This document shows, piece by piece, positions 49,168 to 60,182 of a DNA stretch of 63,609 nt. The notes under the pieces are model-generated. The model ran no database searches, had not been told where the DNA came from, and saw nothing but the letters and a program-made list of their open reading frames with translations. The DNA comes from a virus (taxonomy: Duplodnaviria; Caudoviricetes): the IMG/VR virus record IMGVR_UViG_3300037461_000542, positions 1-63,609 of that record; one strand, 5' to 3'. Within the stretch, counting starts at the first letter, position 1. Each line of letters starts with the position of its first letter. The translations under genes were made by a program, and so were the position numbers.

Positions 49168-49472
49168 CGGGACGAAGGTTCCCGCCGTAGCTTCCAATAT
49201 TTTATGAGCTTCGTGGTGGATAGAAAGTATCCACCCAGTTCGAAGTACCCTTCTGATTCTTCCTCCGCAATGTGGGACCGAGGGGCCAGCATGTCTGGCA
49301 GGTCCATGTCCCTGTCGTCATCCTTGTTTCGTTCCAGGATGGGTGGTATGACAGGGGTGAACATGTAGCAGGAGTAGACTGAACCCTTCAGGTTCCCGCA
49401 CTCGTACCGTGGTCCACTCTCAGTCTCAAAGAACTTCGCACGATGCTCACATCTCATGCACAGCATTTTCAT
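49158..49472 (-). CDS. Cys-rich hypothetical protein
   Basis: CMRCEHR...PRYECG..SCYMF; RBS AGGAGG. Confidence 0.6.
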   Translation of the reverse strand: MKMLCMRCEHRAKFFETESGPRYECGNLKGSVYSCYMFTPVIPPILERNKDDDRDMDLPDMLAPRSHIAEEESEGYFELGGYFLSTTKLIKYWKLRREPSSRLL

Positions 49473-49748
49473 GGTGCCTCCTATGTGCTTGAAGTTGTAG
49501 TGTAAATGTATGATGCAGACGTACCTATATCCCATTGATGTGGGTGGAAAGCTGAGTACTGACTCCAATCAAATGTGTTTTTGTTGATTTTTCGATTTCA
49601 ATGAAAGCCTTCCCCCCGAAATCACAGATAATATGAGCACCTCCTCCACCAAAAACATGCCCTCCCTGTATGTTCTTGAGATTTATAGCAATTGCTATGT
49701 ACCCATCACTCTCCTCTACAATTCTTTGAAGGTGCCATACCTGCGTTT

Positions 49749-51692
49749 TCATACCGGGCTTAGATTTGAGTAACGATTCCCACATTCGCATTCACCTCCT
49801 AATTTTACGTTCCAATCTACCCCAAAATAGTTGGAGATGTAGGTATCAAGGTTATCCCCTACGTAATTACACAGTTTTATTAGGGATTGCAATTCGTTCT
49901 CCACATAGTCGAACACAAGAGAATCATGAACTGTAAGGATCAGCTTGCTTCTCATTCTCCTCTGTACAAGGGCACGACGAAGCACAACGCAAGCAAGAGG
50001 CAATATATCACCACCAGAATTACCCTGTATAGGCCAGTTCTTAATGGTGTTTTCTGGGTATACGTAAGTACCTGTTTTCTTATCGTACTCAGACTTATGA
50101 AAAGTAAAGCGACGACCAGAAAATATTTCAAGTTTACCTCCTTGCGACCACACCCTTGAGATCAAGGATTGGTTATGATCCCTAAGTCCATGATATTTTT
50201 CAAAGAATGCATCTATAATCTCCATCCATTTTCGTTTGGAGAATGGGGGCATCTTAGGATCAAGGAAAAAACCCCAGTAGGAGCCACCGTAGATCATGCG
50301 GAAGTTGAATACCTTGGCGTGTGTTCTATTTTGGTAGCTCTCTGGATCTGACTTGCTCTCGAACTTTAACCCCATGAGGTCTCGACAAGCAGCTATATGC
50401 TGATCAACCCCCGTGTTTATCTCGTGGATCATCACCTGATCTTGTGATAGGAACGCTGCATCCCTCCACTCTATCTGCGACAAGTCCCATTGCAGGAGTC
50501 CATCGTGGTGGGGTACTACAATATCTTTGGTCACTTCATATAAGTTCATGACGTTGGGGCCAGAGGAGGAGAGACGACCTGTAGTTGTGAAGGTGTTGTT
50601 GAATGTGGTGTGAACACACCCATCTGAGGCGATCTTGTTGAGGATTCCAGTATCCTCTTTCTTTCCCACCAGAGTTTTCATGATGGCTACGTGATCAGCC
50701 AACTCCAGGAGTTTAATCTTAATCTCCTTCGCCTCCTTAGTCTTTGCCTTCAAGAGAGAGATCGTTGTCTTATCGGTTTTGAAAAACCCTTTCTTCTTAT
50801 ACTCAGTTCTCGGCAACGGTTCAAACAATCGTGGGAAGTTCACCTCTTTCTTAAATGTCTTCTCGTAGTACTTCGTTTCAGGTTTAGATTTGTACGATCT
50901 TGTTACCCATTCCTCCCAAGAAATATCACAAGTACCACCATAAAGACAAGCGCTAAGTTGGTCATTTGACTCAAGATTTATTCTTTCATCTCCAAAGATT
51001 TCCTTCAATTCTTTTTCAAGAAGTACTACTTTACTTCTACTTTGTTCGTAGATTTCTCTCGCTTTTTCCACATCAATCTTCAATCCCATCATCTCCATAT
51101 CTACAAGAGAGAAGAGAAACTCATTCTGTAATTCTATAACCTTAAGAATTTGTAAACCATCCACCTCTTTCCATTGAGAGCGATACACTTCCTCTGTCAG
51201 ATTCACATCCTGGGTAGCATACTCATCCAGTACATCAAACGGAATATCCTCTGTGTGTACACCTGCATCCCAGTATTCCTTTGCCGATCCCAGTTTAGCA
51301 CCAAGTCCACGACGAGCAGCCACTTCGTCGAGATTGTAGGACAGCGTATGATCCTGCCCATGAATAAGATAGTCTGCTACTTGCGTACACCACAACTTCT
51401 TTCCTTCAAAGTTTATGCCACCACAGTATTTAGCTACGATAAGATCGTGCTTCAAGTTGTGTCCTACTATAAGATCAGCCTCGTTGACAGAACTTTGAAA
51501 CTCTTTCCATGAATCTATGGGTGCTGGAGTTTCCACACTTATATTCTTGTGATCAAACCATAGTGTACCCATCCTATCTTTCTCGTAGTGTTTATCCCCT
51601 ATCGTGTAAGTAAGACAGGACAGTACAAAGTCAGGATCCCACGGCTTGAACACACTTTCTCTATGCTCTGTGTCGAAAACCAAAGTCCTCAT
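49749..51692 (-). CDS. polA: DNA polymerase family A with 3'-5' exonuclease
   Basis: Exo motifs FDTE, GHNLKHD, YATQD; TGRLSS; motif A DLSQIEWR, motif B RTHAKVFNFRMIYG, motif C VHDS. Confidence 0.95.
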   Translation of the reverse strand: MRTLVFDTEHRESVFKPWDPDFVLSCLTYTIGDKHYEKDRMGTLWFDHKNISVETPAPIDSWKEFQSSVNEADLIVGHNLKHDLIVAKYCGGINFEGKKLWCTQVADYLIHGQDHTLSYNLDEVAARRGLGAKLGSAKEYWDAGVHTEDIPFDVLDEYATQDVNLTEEVYRSQWKEVDGLQILKVIELQNEFLFSLVDMEMMGLKIDVEKAREIYEQSRSKVVLLEKELKEIFGDERINLESNDQLSACLYGGTCDISWEEWVTRSYKSKPETKYYEKTFKKEVNFPRLFEPLPRTEYKKKGFFKTDKTTISLLKAKTKEAKEIKIKLLELADHVAIMKTLVGKKEDTGILNKIASDGCVHTTFNNTFTTTGRLSSSGPNVMNLYEVTKDIVVPHHDGLLQWDLSQIEWRDAAFLSQDQVMIHEINTGVDQHIAACRDLMGLKFESKSDPESYQNRTHAKVFNFRMIYGGSYWGFFLDPKMPPFSKRKWMEIIDAFFEKYHGLRDHNQSLISRVWSQGGKLEIFSGRRFTFHKSEYDKKTGTYVYPENTIKNWPIQGNSGGDILPLACVVLRRALVQRRMRSKLILTVHDSLVFDYVENELQSLIKLCNYVGDNLDTYISNYFGVDWNVKLGGECECGNRYSNLSPV

Positions 51693-51970
51693 TTTATCAG
51701 AACCTTTCTATATGAGGGTGTATGTTTAACTCCAGCAGTTTCCGCAACTTTTTGAGAGACCATAGATGTGTCCATCCCAACTAAAGAAAGACCTACATAG
51801 TGCAAGTTTGGTCGTCCGAATACAACCCTCAGTCCAGTATTACCTAACCCATTGGAGAACCACCAATTCTTCAGAAATATAACGGGAGTTCTTGCTCCTT
51901 CTACTGTCAAGGATATAGTTCCTCTTGAAGTATCGGGTACCATTTCAACTTTGTAGACTGCGGTTTTCAA
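51689..51970 (-). CDS. Hypothetical protein
   Basis: Fills the helicase-polymerase gap; RBS GGAGGT. Confidence 0.55.
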   Translation of the reverse strand: MKTAVYKVEMVPDTSRGTISLTVEGARTPVIFLKNWWFSNGLGNTGLRVVFGRPNLHYVGLSLVGMDTSMVSQKVAETAGVKHTPSYRKVLIK

Positions 51971-51971
51971 A

Positions 51972-53216
51972 TTACACCTCCCTATAAATGCAGCGTTCGC
52001 GGGTAAATTCTGCTGTGAATCTTGCTCCCTCCCCTTCGTTCAGCTTGTTTTTAGGTACTGAAAAGAACCGTAAATTAGCCATAGAAAGATCGTCAAGAGT
52101 GCGCCCGATGCCAACGGCATAATCAAGCTCACCTTGAATGGCAACTCTTGAGCCATAAATGTCCGACAGTTTGAGATATTTTCTATTCTCGCTCTCACCC
52201 GTAGCTTGAGCCAAACAAATGATGGAGACATCATAAAGTTTTGCCCTTTCACGATACCAGTTGAAGAGATACTGAGCACTGTGGATTTCATTGTCGGTCC
52301 TAAGATCAGTTGAAACTTTTGTCCCTTGGTCAATAAATAGAATTCTGGGTCTGTTTCGTTCGAGCAATCGTTCGACAGTAGCGATATGGGAAACTGAATC
52401 ATATAGACAGATAGAGTTCCATCCTCGTTCTGTCCTGAGAGTGCTTGTACCCTGTGGATCTTCAAGGATTTCTTTCCTTGTTCTTCCGGTAATAGCTTGG
52501 GTAAGGCGCAATGCAATTCTGCTACCTCCCTCTTCGTTCCCCGCATAAACAATCTTATCCATAGTACCAACCATTTGGCGAGCAAAGTGAGCACAACAAG
52601 ATAGACCGAAAGAAGTTTTTCCTGTATCCACAAACGCATAGATTATCCCCACAGTCTTCCGCTTCGCCCCACCTATAGCCTTGGTGAGAGATTGCAGCGG
52701 CCAAGATAGACCTACATCTGAGATCTCTGAAGTTATCAACTCCTCCACCGAGAAGTTGCAAGGTGTTAGTTCACGAGCTACAGCAGGAGGCACTCGCATC
52801 TTTGCAACAAACTGATCCACGTCTGAGATTAAAGAGGGGAGCACTCCATGCACAGTACCCTCCACTACAGGCACCAGCTTAGCCATGATCTGTGCAGCAT
52901 GGTGCTGCTCGATAGTACGTTCCAAAAGATCCTGCATGATGGAGGTGGAAATCTGTTTCTGAAAGATGTCGTTGATGATCTCTGTGTACACCTCCCTATC
53001 CTTGGATCCAGGATAATTCATCTCGTAGAAGTGGAGCAATTCCTCTCTTCCTATGTACTTATGCTCACGATAGGTCTCGTAGTAGCGAGTGATGAGATTG
53101 AACACCACCTTGATCTCACGATCCATATTCTTTATTTCATGTAGGTATGGTCCTCCCTTCTCAAATTCGTTACGCTTCTCACAGAATAATTTTAGGAGCG
53201 AAATTTCATTTGACAT
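51972..53216 (-). CDS. DnaB/T7 gp4-like (SF4) helicase
   Basis: YAFVDTGKTSF, NEE, LFIDQ, LAQA, GSRVAIQGELD, KNKL. Confidence 0.88.
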   Translation of the reverse strand: MSNEISLLKLFCEKRNEFEKGGPYLHEIKNMDREIKVVFNLITRYYETYREHKYIGREELLHFYEMNYPGSKDREVYTEIINDIFQKQISTSIMQDLLERTIEQHHAAQIMAKLVPVVEGTVHGVLPSLISDVDQFVAKMRVPPAVARELTPCNFSVEELITSEISDVGLSWPLQSLTKAIGGAKRKTVGIIYAFVDTGKTSFGLSCCAHFARQMVGTMDKIVYAGNEEGGSRIALRLTQAITGRTRKEILEDPQGTSTLRTERGWNSICLYDSVSHIATVERLLERNRPRILFIDQGTKVSTDLRTDNEIHSAQYLFNWYRERAKLYDVSIICLAQATGESENRKYLKLSDIYGSRVAIQGELDYAVGIGRTLDDLSMANLRFFSVPKNKLNEGEGARFTAEFTRERCIYREV

Positions 53217-53217
53217 A

Positions 53218-54171
53218 TCAATCCTCAGGTAGAAATTTATTCAACTCAAACTTTATAACTGTGTCGGAATAGTCCTTTGGATCCAACGCTGTGTAGATGT
53301 AGGACGATGGTATGTCTAACGAGAGAGCTTTCTTCCAATATACCATAGACTTATCCAATGCATCGGCATCAAGCCACAATACCATCCTTCCATCGAGATC
53401 CAGCATACTCTTTATCCGCATCATCAATGCAGGTGACACATGCGTACCAAGGAGAGCCAACGTCTGCAACTTGGTTGCCTTGAAGATACGATAGGCAGAG
53501 ATTAAATCCTCACACACCACTATTGTTGTGGACTTGCAACTGTAGTTCCGCAAATGATAGAACATATTGCCGGGAAGATGGCGTTTAACCAGCCATTTAG
53601 GTACGGAATAATCTTTACCTTTACCCTGCTTTCGTAACCATTCGTTGGTGTCTCTACCAATCCATCCCAGTAGTTTCCAATTAATGTATTCTGGATTTAT
53701 CAACTCTGTATTACGGATGGGGAAGATCAATCTCTTGTACCAAGGTGAATAATGCACATCGAGATTGTTAAAATCTGGAGCTGTGAGTCTGTACTTCAAG
53801 AGAAAATGCAACGCATCCATTGGTATTCTACTGGCATCCACATTAGTAGGAGACACAGCTATGCAATCAGGTGGCAAGTAGAGTGGACCTAATGGCTTGT
53901 CGTTGTTCAACAATTCAGGAGGCACAGCCCTTGTGATGTCCATGATCTGTTTGGGAGTCATGAGATCAAGGGCAACACCACCCTTTTCCCCACATCGAAA
54001 GCATTTCCATAGCCACCCATTCTCTACCCTCTTGACTACCATACATGGATCTTTGCCCTCAGAACATGGCATGCCACTTCTCGTTTCTTTGTGGAGAACA
54101 CGAGTGCTCTCCCCCATCTTGAAGTGTACCCCATTGGAGCATACGTCTTTGACTTCTTGGGGGACGTACAT
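53218..54171 (-). CDS. DNA primase (Zn-binding plus TOPRIM)
   Basis: WKCFRCGEKG, RLIFPI, VVCEDLISA, ALLGT, WLDADA, DPK. Confidence 0.88.
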   Translation of the reverse strand: MYVPQEVKDVCSNGVHFKMGESTRVLHKETRSGMPCSEGKDPCMVVKRVENGWLWKCFRCGEKGGVALDLMTPKQIMDITRAVPPELLNNDKPLGPLYLPPDCIAVSPTNVDASRIPMDALHFLLKYRLTAPDFNNLDVHYSPWYKRLIFPIRNTELINPEYINWKLLGWIGRDTNEWLRKQGKGKDYSVPKWLVKRHLPGNMFYHLRNYSCKSTTIVVCEDLISAYRIFKATKLQTLALLGTHVSPALMMRIKSMLDLDGRMVLWLDADALDKSMVYWKKALSLDIPSSYIYTALDPKDYSDTVIKFELNKFLPED

Positions 54172-54319
54172 TACTCCACCTCTCTTTCCCATTCCCGTTT
54201 CCACGCATCCTTCAACTTCTTGCGCGTGGTTAGTTTAATGATGGCTCCAGACTTGCGCTTAAATACCTCTGCCATTTGCTTCGTAGTCTTCGGCACGTTC
54301 CGTCTTGTGCGAGACATGT

Positions 54320-55138
54320 TTACACCACCTTTCTATAATGATGGCCGTTTATTAGATCATGTTCGGATCCCTGTCCAGTAGATGTTGCAGGATTAGACAC
54401 CCAGTTTATAATCCTACAACCAGAATTTGTTTTGCGAATTTGCAGGATTCCACAATTATGTGTAGATGTTGGTTTAACCACAGTCAGGATTCCTTTAGAA
54501 GAGTGTACCTTCTGCACAGTAGCAGCAAGATATGTAATCAAAGGACCGCCTGAAAAATCAGAATATAATCCAAAGTATAGGGTATTCATATTATCTCCTA
54601 CTGGTGCAAAGTCAACGGTTCCCAAAGGTTAGGAGCTGGCACTGGTTCAGTTTCAATGAGTAGTTTAATTCCATCCTCAATCACTGAGTTAACATTTGGG
54701 TACACAGCTTTCAGTTTATTGATACCTTCATATACCCTCACAGCCATGCCCATGTGTACATTACCTGGAGCCAATGGACCAAATGTAATCTTCCACGTTT
54801 CAGGTATGGCAATCTTGATAGATCCTTTATTGGTGAATGTTATGGTGTACCTATTTCGTTTCATTAGGTTCCCTCCTTTTGTAGTCCCACGCGCTTCGCA
54901 TTTTCAATAGCTCCGTGAGAGTTATGAGATAGTACCATGACTTTGTTCTTTCTGCACCCATATGGTGCCTATCCAGAATCTTTTTGTGGTGCCTCCATTG
55001 TCTGGTTATGTATTGCAATGAGAACCCATAGTAATGATCCCACAATGCCCCAAGGTTTGGTAGGAATAGAAAGATGTTATCCATTGAGAGCACCTCCATG
55101 TGTCTTTGTGCTGAACCTACGGAACATGTCAAGATCAT
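54320..55138 (-). other. Three small hypothetical ORFs (54320-54625, 54598-54864, 54851-55138)
   Basis: Overlapping co-oriented ORFs. Confidence 0.5.
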
Positions 55139-56441
55139 ACATGTGGATAACTCCAGTACTCATGGTGAAGACACACCCACACTCGTTGCACATATTATCC
55201 CCCACGGTGTACTGAGTGGGGCCGATCTGCTCACCAAAACAATGGGGGCATGTGCGTAGATCATCAAGATCTGCTCCCTGTTTCTCCGCTACCTTATTAC
55301 CATCCCAAATCAAGAGATCACCTTCGGTGTTCATCAGTGCTGCATGTACATCTTTCTTGTCGAGATTGTATTCCTTTGCTGCTTTCTCCAACCCACTATT
55401 CTTATTCTTTTTCTTTTCGTGATGCTTCACTATCTGTTTGTCGATGCTGAAAACTTTCCAGTTGAAATTGGAGAGACACTTCCCATCCTTCGTGCAGTAC
55501 GTCTGGAAATATCTCTGCAAGATTTCTGTGGCAGTCATGGACATCAGTTTATCATATACTGAGACTTTAGAATTCTCTTTATCTTTTCGAGCAGGGTTTC
55601 CGGCTGGAGGAAGTAACCCCCGATCTACGTACTTATGCTTCACGGAGTTATAGGAATCCTCCCATGAAGTGAACGTACCAGCCTGCCAGTACCCACACTT
55701 TCCATACTGTACGCCAGAAGAGAAGTACCCGTAGGGCAATTCTTTCCACTCGTCAAGCTTGGTATACCAGGAATCAAGATGTTCCTTCTGGATGTAGGGC
55801 TTTGAGTTAGAATACCATGTCCCACCACCCTTCCATCCACTCGTCCCCCCACTGTAATACGTTGGAGTCGATGGGGCATAGTTTAAATTTGAGAACTCCC
55901 AGTCCTTGTACTTGTGCCATGTGCCATACTTCCAATATGTTTCTTTGTAGGTAACGATCCACCTCGAAGCACCTTTTGTTAGGATAGTGTCTGCAATGTT
56001 GTCATGCACCCTTTTATCTTCCCAGATCGACATGAGAGGGAAGAGATAGTCCCGAATATAGCAGATGGTATCAGATGCTACCTTCTCACCGTTACCCACC
56101 ACTCCATTGTGGATTGCCATGTATGGAGTTTTAAATTCCAACTTCCGCATTTCATCCACATCGTCAAGGATTGGGAACGGATGACAGTTCCCACCATCTT
56201 TATACCCAGAAGTACCGATGCGAAAGTGTACGAATACCGTGTCCTCTTTCTTAAAGTTCTGAGACTTGTACTTCTCTATAAAATCCCCCCACTTCATGAA
56301 CCCCTTGTGAACCTGCCACAAACTCTCGGTAGGTAGCCAGTATGCATAGCCTGCACCATCGCTGTTCTTTTCCCAGCAATACTTCAGAATTTCCTCGGTG
56401 AAATCTTCTGCCTTGTGGTCCTTAATTCCAATAATACACAT
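55077..56441 (-). CDS. Class II (Ntn) glutamine amidotransferase with C-terminal extension and Zn-ribbon
   Basis: N-terminal MC, NSDGAG, HFRIGTSG, NCHPF, HNG, SDT; CPHC..CNECG. Confidence 0.88.
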   Translation of the reverse strand: MCIIGIKDHKAEDFTEEILKYCWEKNSDGAGYAYWLPTESLWQVHKGFMKWGDFIEKYKSQNFKKEDTVFVHFRIGTSGYKDGGNCHPFPILDDVDEMRKLEFKTPYMAIHNGVVGNGEKVASDTICYIRDYLFPLMSIWEDKRVHDNIADTILTKGASRWIVTYKETYWKYGTWHKYKDWEFSNLNYAPSTPTYYSGGTSGWKGGGTWYSNSKPYIQKEHLDSWYTKLDEWKELPYGYFSSGVQYGKCGYWQAGTFTSWEDSYNSVKHKYVDRGLLPPAGNPARKDKENSKVSVYDKLMSMTATEILQRYFQTYCTKDGKCLSNFNWKVFSIDKQIVKHHEKKKNKNSGLEKAAKEYNLDKKDVHAALMNTEGDLLIWDGNKVAEKQGADLDDLRTCPHCFGEQIGPTQYTVGDNMCNECGCVFTMSTGVIHMYDLDMFRRFSTKTHGGALNG

Positions 56442-56451
56442 CGAGACCTCC

Positions 56452-57987
56452 TTATTTGCGAGTTACGTTAGAGAGATAGGATCCATAGTAGCCAGCCATC
56501 ACAGACTTTATGAACTGATGCAGATTAGCATACGTCTTTGGTTTCACGGAGATATACTTCAAGAAATCCTCCGCCGTGAGATTCTGCATGGATGTATCTC
56601 GTGCAAAGTAATACACCGCATGGCAGAACTCCACATTCTTGAAGAAGATGGGAGTCTCTACAGTGGAGTTGAATATCCGTACTTCCACAGAGTTCTTAAG
56701 CATGAGGTTCACAGCGGAGTGCCGCTCACCAGATGCCAACTGTTTATTCTTCGCACAGTCAGGCAGTTGATTCAAATCCTGCTTACGAAATGAGAAGTAC
56801 TCATTCTCCCTATTTCCGGTGAGATGGTTTACCTCCCTTCCTGAAATGTCGAGGATAAAATTCCTGTTATCCTTCGAATAGAAGAACTTCATGAACTTGT
56901 AGAGATGCGTTGTTGTGAATGCTGCCTTGCTGAGATGGATGTGGATACCGCAGGTTTTATCCCACCCTTTTCCATACATGGGACTTTTCGAAGAGAGCTT
57001 GTTGTCCCTGCAATAAGCCAGCATCGCATTCCACGCATCTCGATCCCCCTTCCACGTCTCCCATGTGAAGGGCTGAGTGACGACCTCAAATCCATTCTGG
57101 ATAGAGGAGTCTGTCTTGCAATAGAACGCTGTGGGTGGGAGGAATGTATGCAACTGTTTAATGTGGTATTCGTGCGATTTTCCAGTATGATTTTCCACTT
57201 CCCACTCAATACCCATGAACAAGGAGTCCTCTCTCTTTCTTTCATGAGGTGCAAGACGGAAGATCGCCTTGGGTTTGAATGACCATTGATGTATGGGATG
57301 ATGCATGATTCTATGGCACGATTGACAGGTATCCCCATTGTACATATTGCGTTGAAGGTACGGATAGGAACAGGAGATACAGTTCTTAACAGATGCTCCA
57401 CACTTTACACAGAGAAGTTTTGGGAATGTTTCAGTGGAGTCATTCCCTACATCAACAGTGATGTTGTGCAATTTCATGGTGGAGGTGTGGAATTTGTTGC
57501 CACACCCAGCACAGTTTACATAGTTTCTAAAACATGAGGCGCATACTCTTGCGTTGCTACGATCAACTGCCACCCCTTTACTCTTAATCATAACTGCTCC
57601 GCAATCCCTGCACTTCATATAAGTGGATGCGAAACATTCCCCGCAGATGAATCGTTTAACTCCGCTCTGCTCTATCATCATGTGGCTTGCTACTTTATGC
57701 AAGCGCCCACAATGGAAGCAATACGACAATCGTTTCTGAGAGATCTTCGATTTCTTGAAGGCTATCTCTGCCTGCTTGTTCCCCTCCATCAACTCCTTGA
57801 CCATCTCTATGTGGGCGTCGATCTTATCTTGCAGATTAGATCCCACATATTGATCAAGAGAGTAGATTACTGGGATAAATCCCAGTTTTGAGAAGGCAGT
57901 CTTTGCGTACTTCTCATACTGCTCGTTCTGGCGAATTGTGCGGCAAGTGTAGCAGTCACAATCGCCGCCCTTCTTAATTTTGTACAT
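56452..57987 (-). CDS. Amidoligase (COOH-NH2 ligase) with N-terminal multi-CxxC region
   Basis: MGIEWEVE, DSSIQNGFEVVTQP, TCGIHIHLS, RHSAVN, VEVRIF. Confidence 0.85.
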   Translation of the reverse strand: MYKIKKGGDCDCYTCRTIRQNEQYEKYAKTAFSKLGFIPVIYSLDQYVGSNLQDKIDAHIEMVKELMEGNKQAEIAFKKSKISQKRLSYCFHCGRLHKVASHMMIEQSGVKRFICGECFASTYMKCRDCGAVMIKSKGVAVDRSNARVCASCFRNYVNCAGCGNKFHTSTMKLHNITVDVGNDSTETFPKLLCVKCGASVKNCISCSYPYLQRNMYNGDTCQSCHRIMHHPIHQWSFKPKAIFRLAPHERKREDSLFMGIEWEVENHTGKSHEYHIKQLHTFLPPTAFYCKTDSSIQNGFEVVTQPFTWETWKGDRDAWNAMLAYCRDNKLSSKSPMYGKGWDKTCGIHIHLSKAAFTTTHLYKFMKFFYSKDNRNFILDISGREVNHLTGNRENEYFSFRKQDLNQLPDCAKNKQLASGERHSAVNLMLKNSVEVRIFNSTVETPIFFKNVEFCHAVYYFARDTSMQNLTAEDFLKYISVKPKTYANLHQFIKSVMAGYYGSYLSNVTRK

Positions 57988-57999
57988 GCACCCTCCCTC

Positions 58000-58755
58000 C
58001 TAAAGACCGTTGAATGCTGACACATACGCCTGTCTCACACCAGGGATCTTCATACCTGGGGAGCTGTTCACTTCAATGAACCAAGGAACCAGAGGATCGT
58101 CGTTGCTACTTACGATGAAATCCACTGCTCCAAAGTTCTGCCCAAGAATCTTCAACGCTTTGTGTGCTGCAAGCTGAGCACGTTTGAAGACTCCAACCGA
58201 TGGTTCTTTCAGAGATGAGAATACACCGCCTTGTTTATGGTTCCAGGTTAGCTGTTGCTCACCCATAGGATGGGTGCGCTTGAATACTGGGTACTCAGAA
58301 GGAGGAATCCAATCAAACGCATGGACTCGCAACTCATATTTACGATTGAGTACCCTGAGTTGAAGGTATTTATGTTCATCCTCCGCTATTTCAGAACCAT
58401 CCCACACGCAGATCCCCTTTCCACCTATAGAATAGAAAGGTTTAATAATGTATTTATTAAATTCATCTACGTCATTGTCCAGCATTGTAGGTGGAACTGC
58501 AATATGATCCTCCACCATCTTGCATACCTTATACTTGTTCGGCTCGATGTTAAAGTTGATAGCCTTGCAATCCTGTGGTAGAAGTGGAACTACATCCATG
58601 AGGAATGATGCCCACTTCTTACCCACCATTCCGAAGTTGACCACAACAGGAGCACTCCTGCACTCCTGCACGGAGGGAGTTGTCGTCCAATCTGGCCCCA
58701 GAATCTTCGCCACTTTTTTGTACCATGTCCCGCGACCCACAATTATCTTTTTCAC
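58000..58755 (-). CDS. ATP-grasp ligase
   Basis: IIKPFYSIGGKGI, YLQ, YELRVH, FGAVDF, FIEVNSSPG. Confidence 0.85.
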   Translation of the reverse strand: MKKIIVGRGTWYKKVAKILGPDWTTTPSVQECRSAPVVVNFGMVGKKWASFLMDVVPLLPQDCKAINFNIEPNKYKVCKMVEDHIAVPPTMLDNDVDEFNKYIIKPFYSIGGKGICVWDGSEIAEDEHKYLQLRVLNRKYELRVHAFDWIPPSEYPVFKRTHPMGEQQLTWNHKQGGVFSSLKEPSVGVFKRAQLAAHKALKILGQNFGAVDFIVSSNDDPLVPWFIEVNSSPGMKIPGVRQAYVSAFNGL

Positions 58756-58824
58756 GGCACCTCCTCATTTTTATGGAGAATGGAACGTTCCGTTTCGAGA
58801 ACTGTACGTACCAGTATTCATCCA

Positions 58825-59133
58825 TTATTGCACCACTTTCACCTTTCCCGCGTTGTCCAACTCAAACACGGATGATAGTCTGTCAAGGTTTGGGCCTTCA
58901 ATTTTCTGCCGTACCCATACCCCGTCTTTCTCTACGATGACCAGTCCACCCTCGATGGCGGTGCCATCTTTCTCGCAAGCTGTGAGACCCACGAGAGATC
59001 CCTCATACCCATCTTTCTCGACGTATACGAACTTGAGGTATATGTCTTCCGCAAGATGAGCCACCTCGTTGCAGTTAGCGATGATATGCTCCACGTTGGG
59101 ATCGCAAGAGCTATTTAATTTCGGCATTTGCAT
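58825..59133 (-). CDS. Hypothetical protein
   Basis: RBS GAGGAGG; lies within the ligase cluster. Confidence 0.6.
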   Translation of the reverse strand: MQMPKLNSSCDPNVEHIIANCNEVAHLAEDIYLKFVYVEKDGYEGSLVGLTACEKDGTAIEGGLVIVEKDGVWVRQKIEGPNLDRLSSVFELDNAGKVKVVQ

Positions 59134-59320
59134 CCTCCTCGAATGTGGAATATTTCCCCACCAGAAACATCTCGGTGGGTTTATCCTTCTCGTTGTGGAA
59201 GTCTGGTCTGAATACCACAGTCTCCCCCATGTGGTTCACCACTTTCAACCAACCATTCTGAGATCCGTAAAGATACGCCTCAAACTCCTTCAATTCTTCC
59301 CGTTTTTTCTTCTTGCCCAT
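59111..59320 (-). CDS. Hypothetical protein
   Basis: RBS GGAGGA; coupled to neighbours. Confidence 0.6.
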   Translation of the reverse strand: MGKKKKREELKEFEAYLYGSQNGWLKVVNHMGETVVFRPDFHNEKDKPTEMFLVGKYSTFEEDANAEIK

Positions 59321-60172
59321 TTAGATCCTCCAATCTTTTTCAAAGGTTGTCAGTTTGATGGATGCTGCACGCTTGATCCAACGCGCAGCGCACGCATACA
59401 TCCACCCGTTGAAAGAGTTAACAGCAAGTAATGGGTTGTTCTCATTGATCCCTTTCTCTGGATTCCTATGCTTCGAGTGCGGGTATAGATTTGTAAACAT
59501 CAACGCTCTTTCTGTGAGATCATAGGCCAGCTCCACCAATTTGGGATGTGAGGCCCAGAAGTTGGAGAGTGTGCGATACTCACACCCGTATGGAGTGGGA
59601 CGATATGCACCAGATTTTCCATACAGTTCCTTGCGTACAGCAGATGCAGGAGAGCGATCCAAGAGAATGGACAGATTACCAAGCAGAAGATCCATATACT
59701 GGATCATGCGGATCTTTGCATCTTTCTCTCCCAAGCTGGGATGCCCAACATGGATATGTAGTCCTCCAGTCCGCAATCCAGAATTCAGGGAGAAGGGTTT
59801 GGGGTTTACCCTTCCTTTCTTCCAGGCATTGAAATCAGGATCACACCCAAACTCCATCGCTTCCGGGTGTTCCAATTGGTCGGGCGTGAATACAACGGAT
59901 GGCACGGCCTTGATTGTGTATCCTGCTGGAATGGTACGCATAATCAACTTGATTCCGTCCCGGATAGCGGAGACAAACTCCCGCTTATTCCTGCAAATCG
60001 GAGTGGCAAACTCGATGGCTACGTTGTCCCTCTGCAACGTAAACCCATCAAATTTCAAAGGGTTGTGTTTTGTTCCATGTTCATCGTCACCCAACAATCC
60101 CTGTGATGGCACCAGTTTACCTTCGGGATTGTACACGAAGAACTCCACATCCGAACCCACCGTGAATTTCAT
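59321..60172 (-). CDS. phiEco32-like COOH-NH2 ligase type 2
   Basis: TVGSDVEFF, GTKHNP, DNVAIEF, FGCDPDFNAW, RTGGLHIHVG, RKELYGKSGAYRPTPYGCEYRTLSNFW. Confidence 0.92.
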   Translation of the reverse strand: MKFTVGSDVEFFVYNPEGKLVPSQGLLGDDEHGTKHNPLKFDGFTLQRDNVAIEFATPICRNKREFVSAIRDGIKLIMRTIPAGYTIKAVPSVVFTPDQLEHPEAMEFGCDPDFNAWKKGRVNPKPFSLNSGLRTGGLHIHVGHPSLGEKDAKIRMIQYMDLLLGNLSILLDRSPASAVRKELYGKSGAYRPTPYGCEYRTLSNFWASHPKLVELAYDLTERALMFTNLYPHSKHRNPEKGINENNPLLAVNSFNGWMYACAARWIKRAASIKLTTFEKDWRI

Positions 60173-60182
60173 GATCCCTCCT

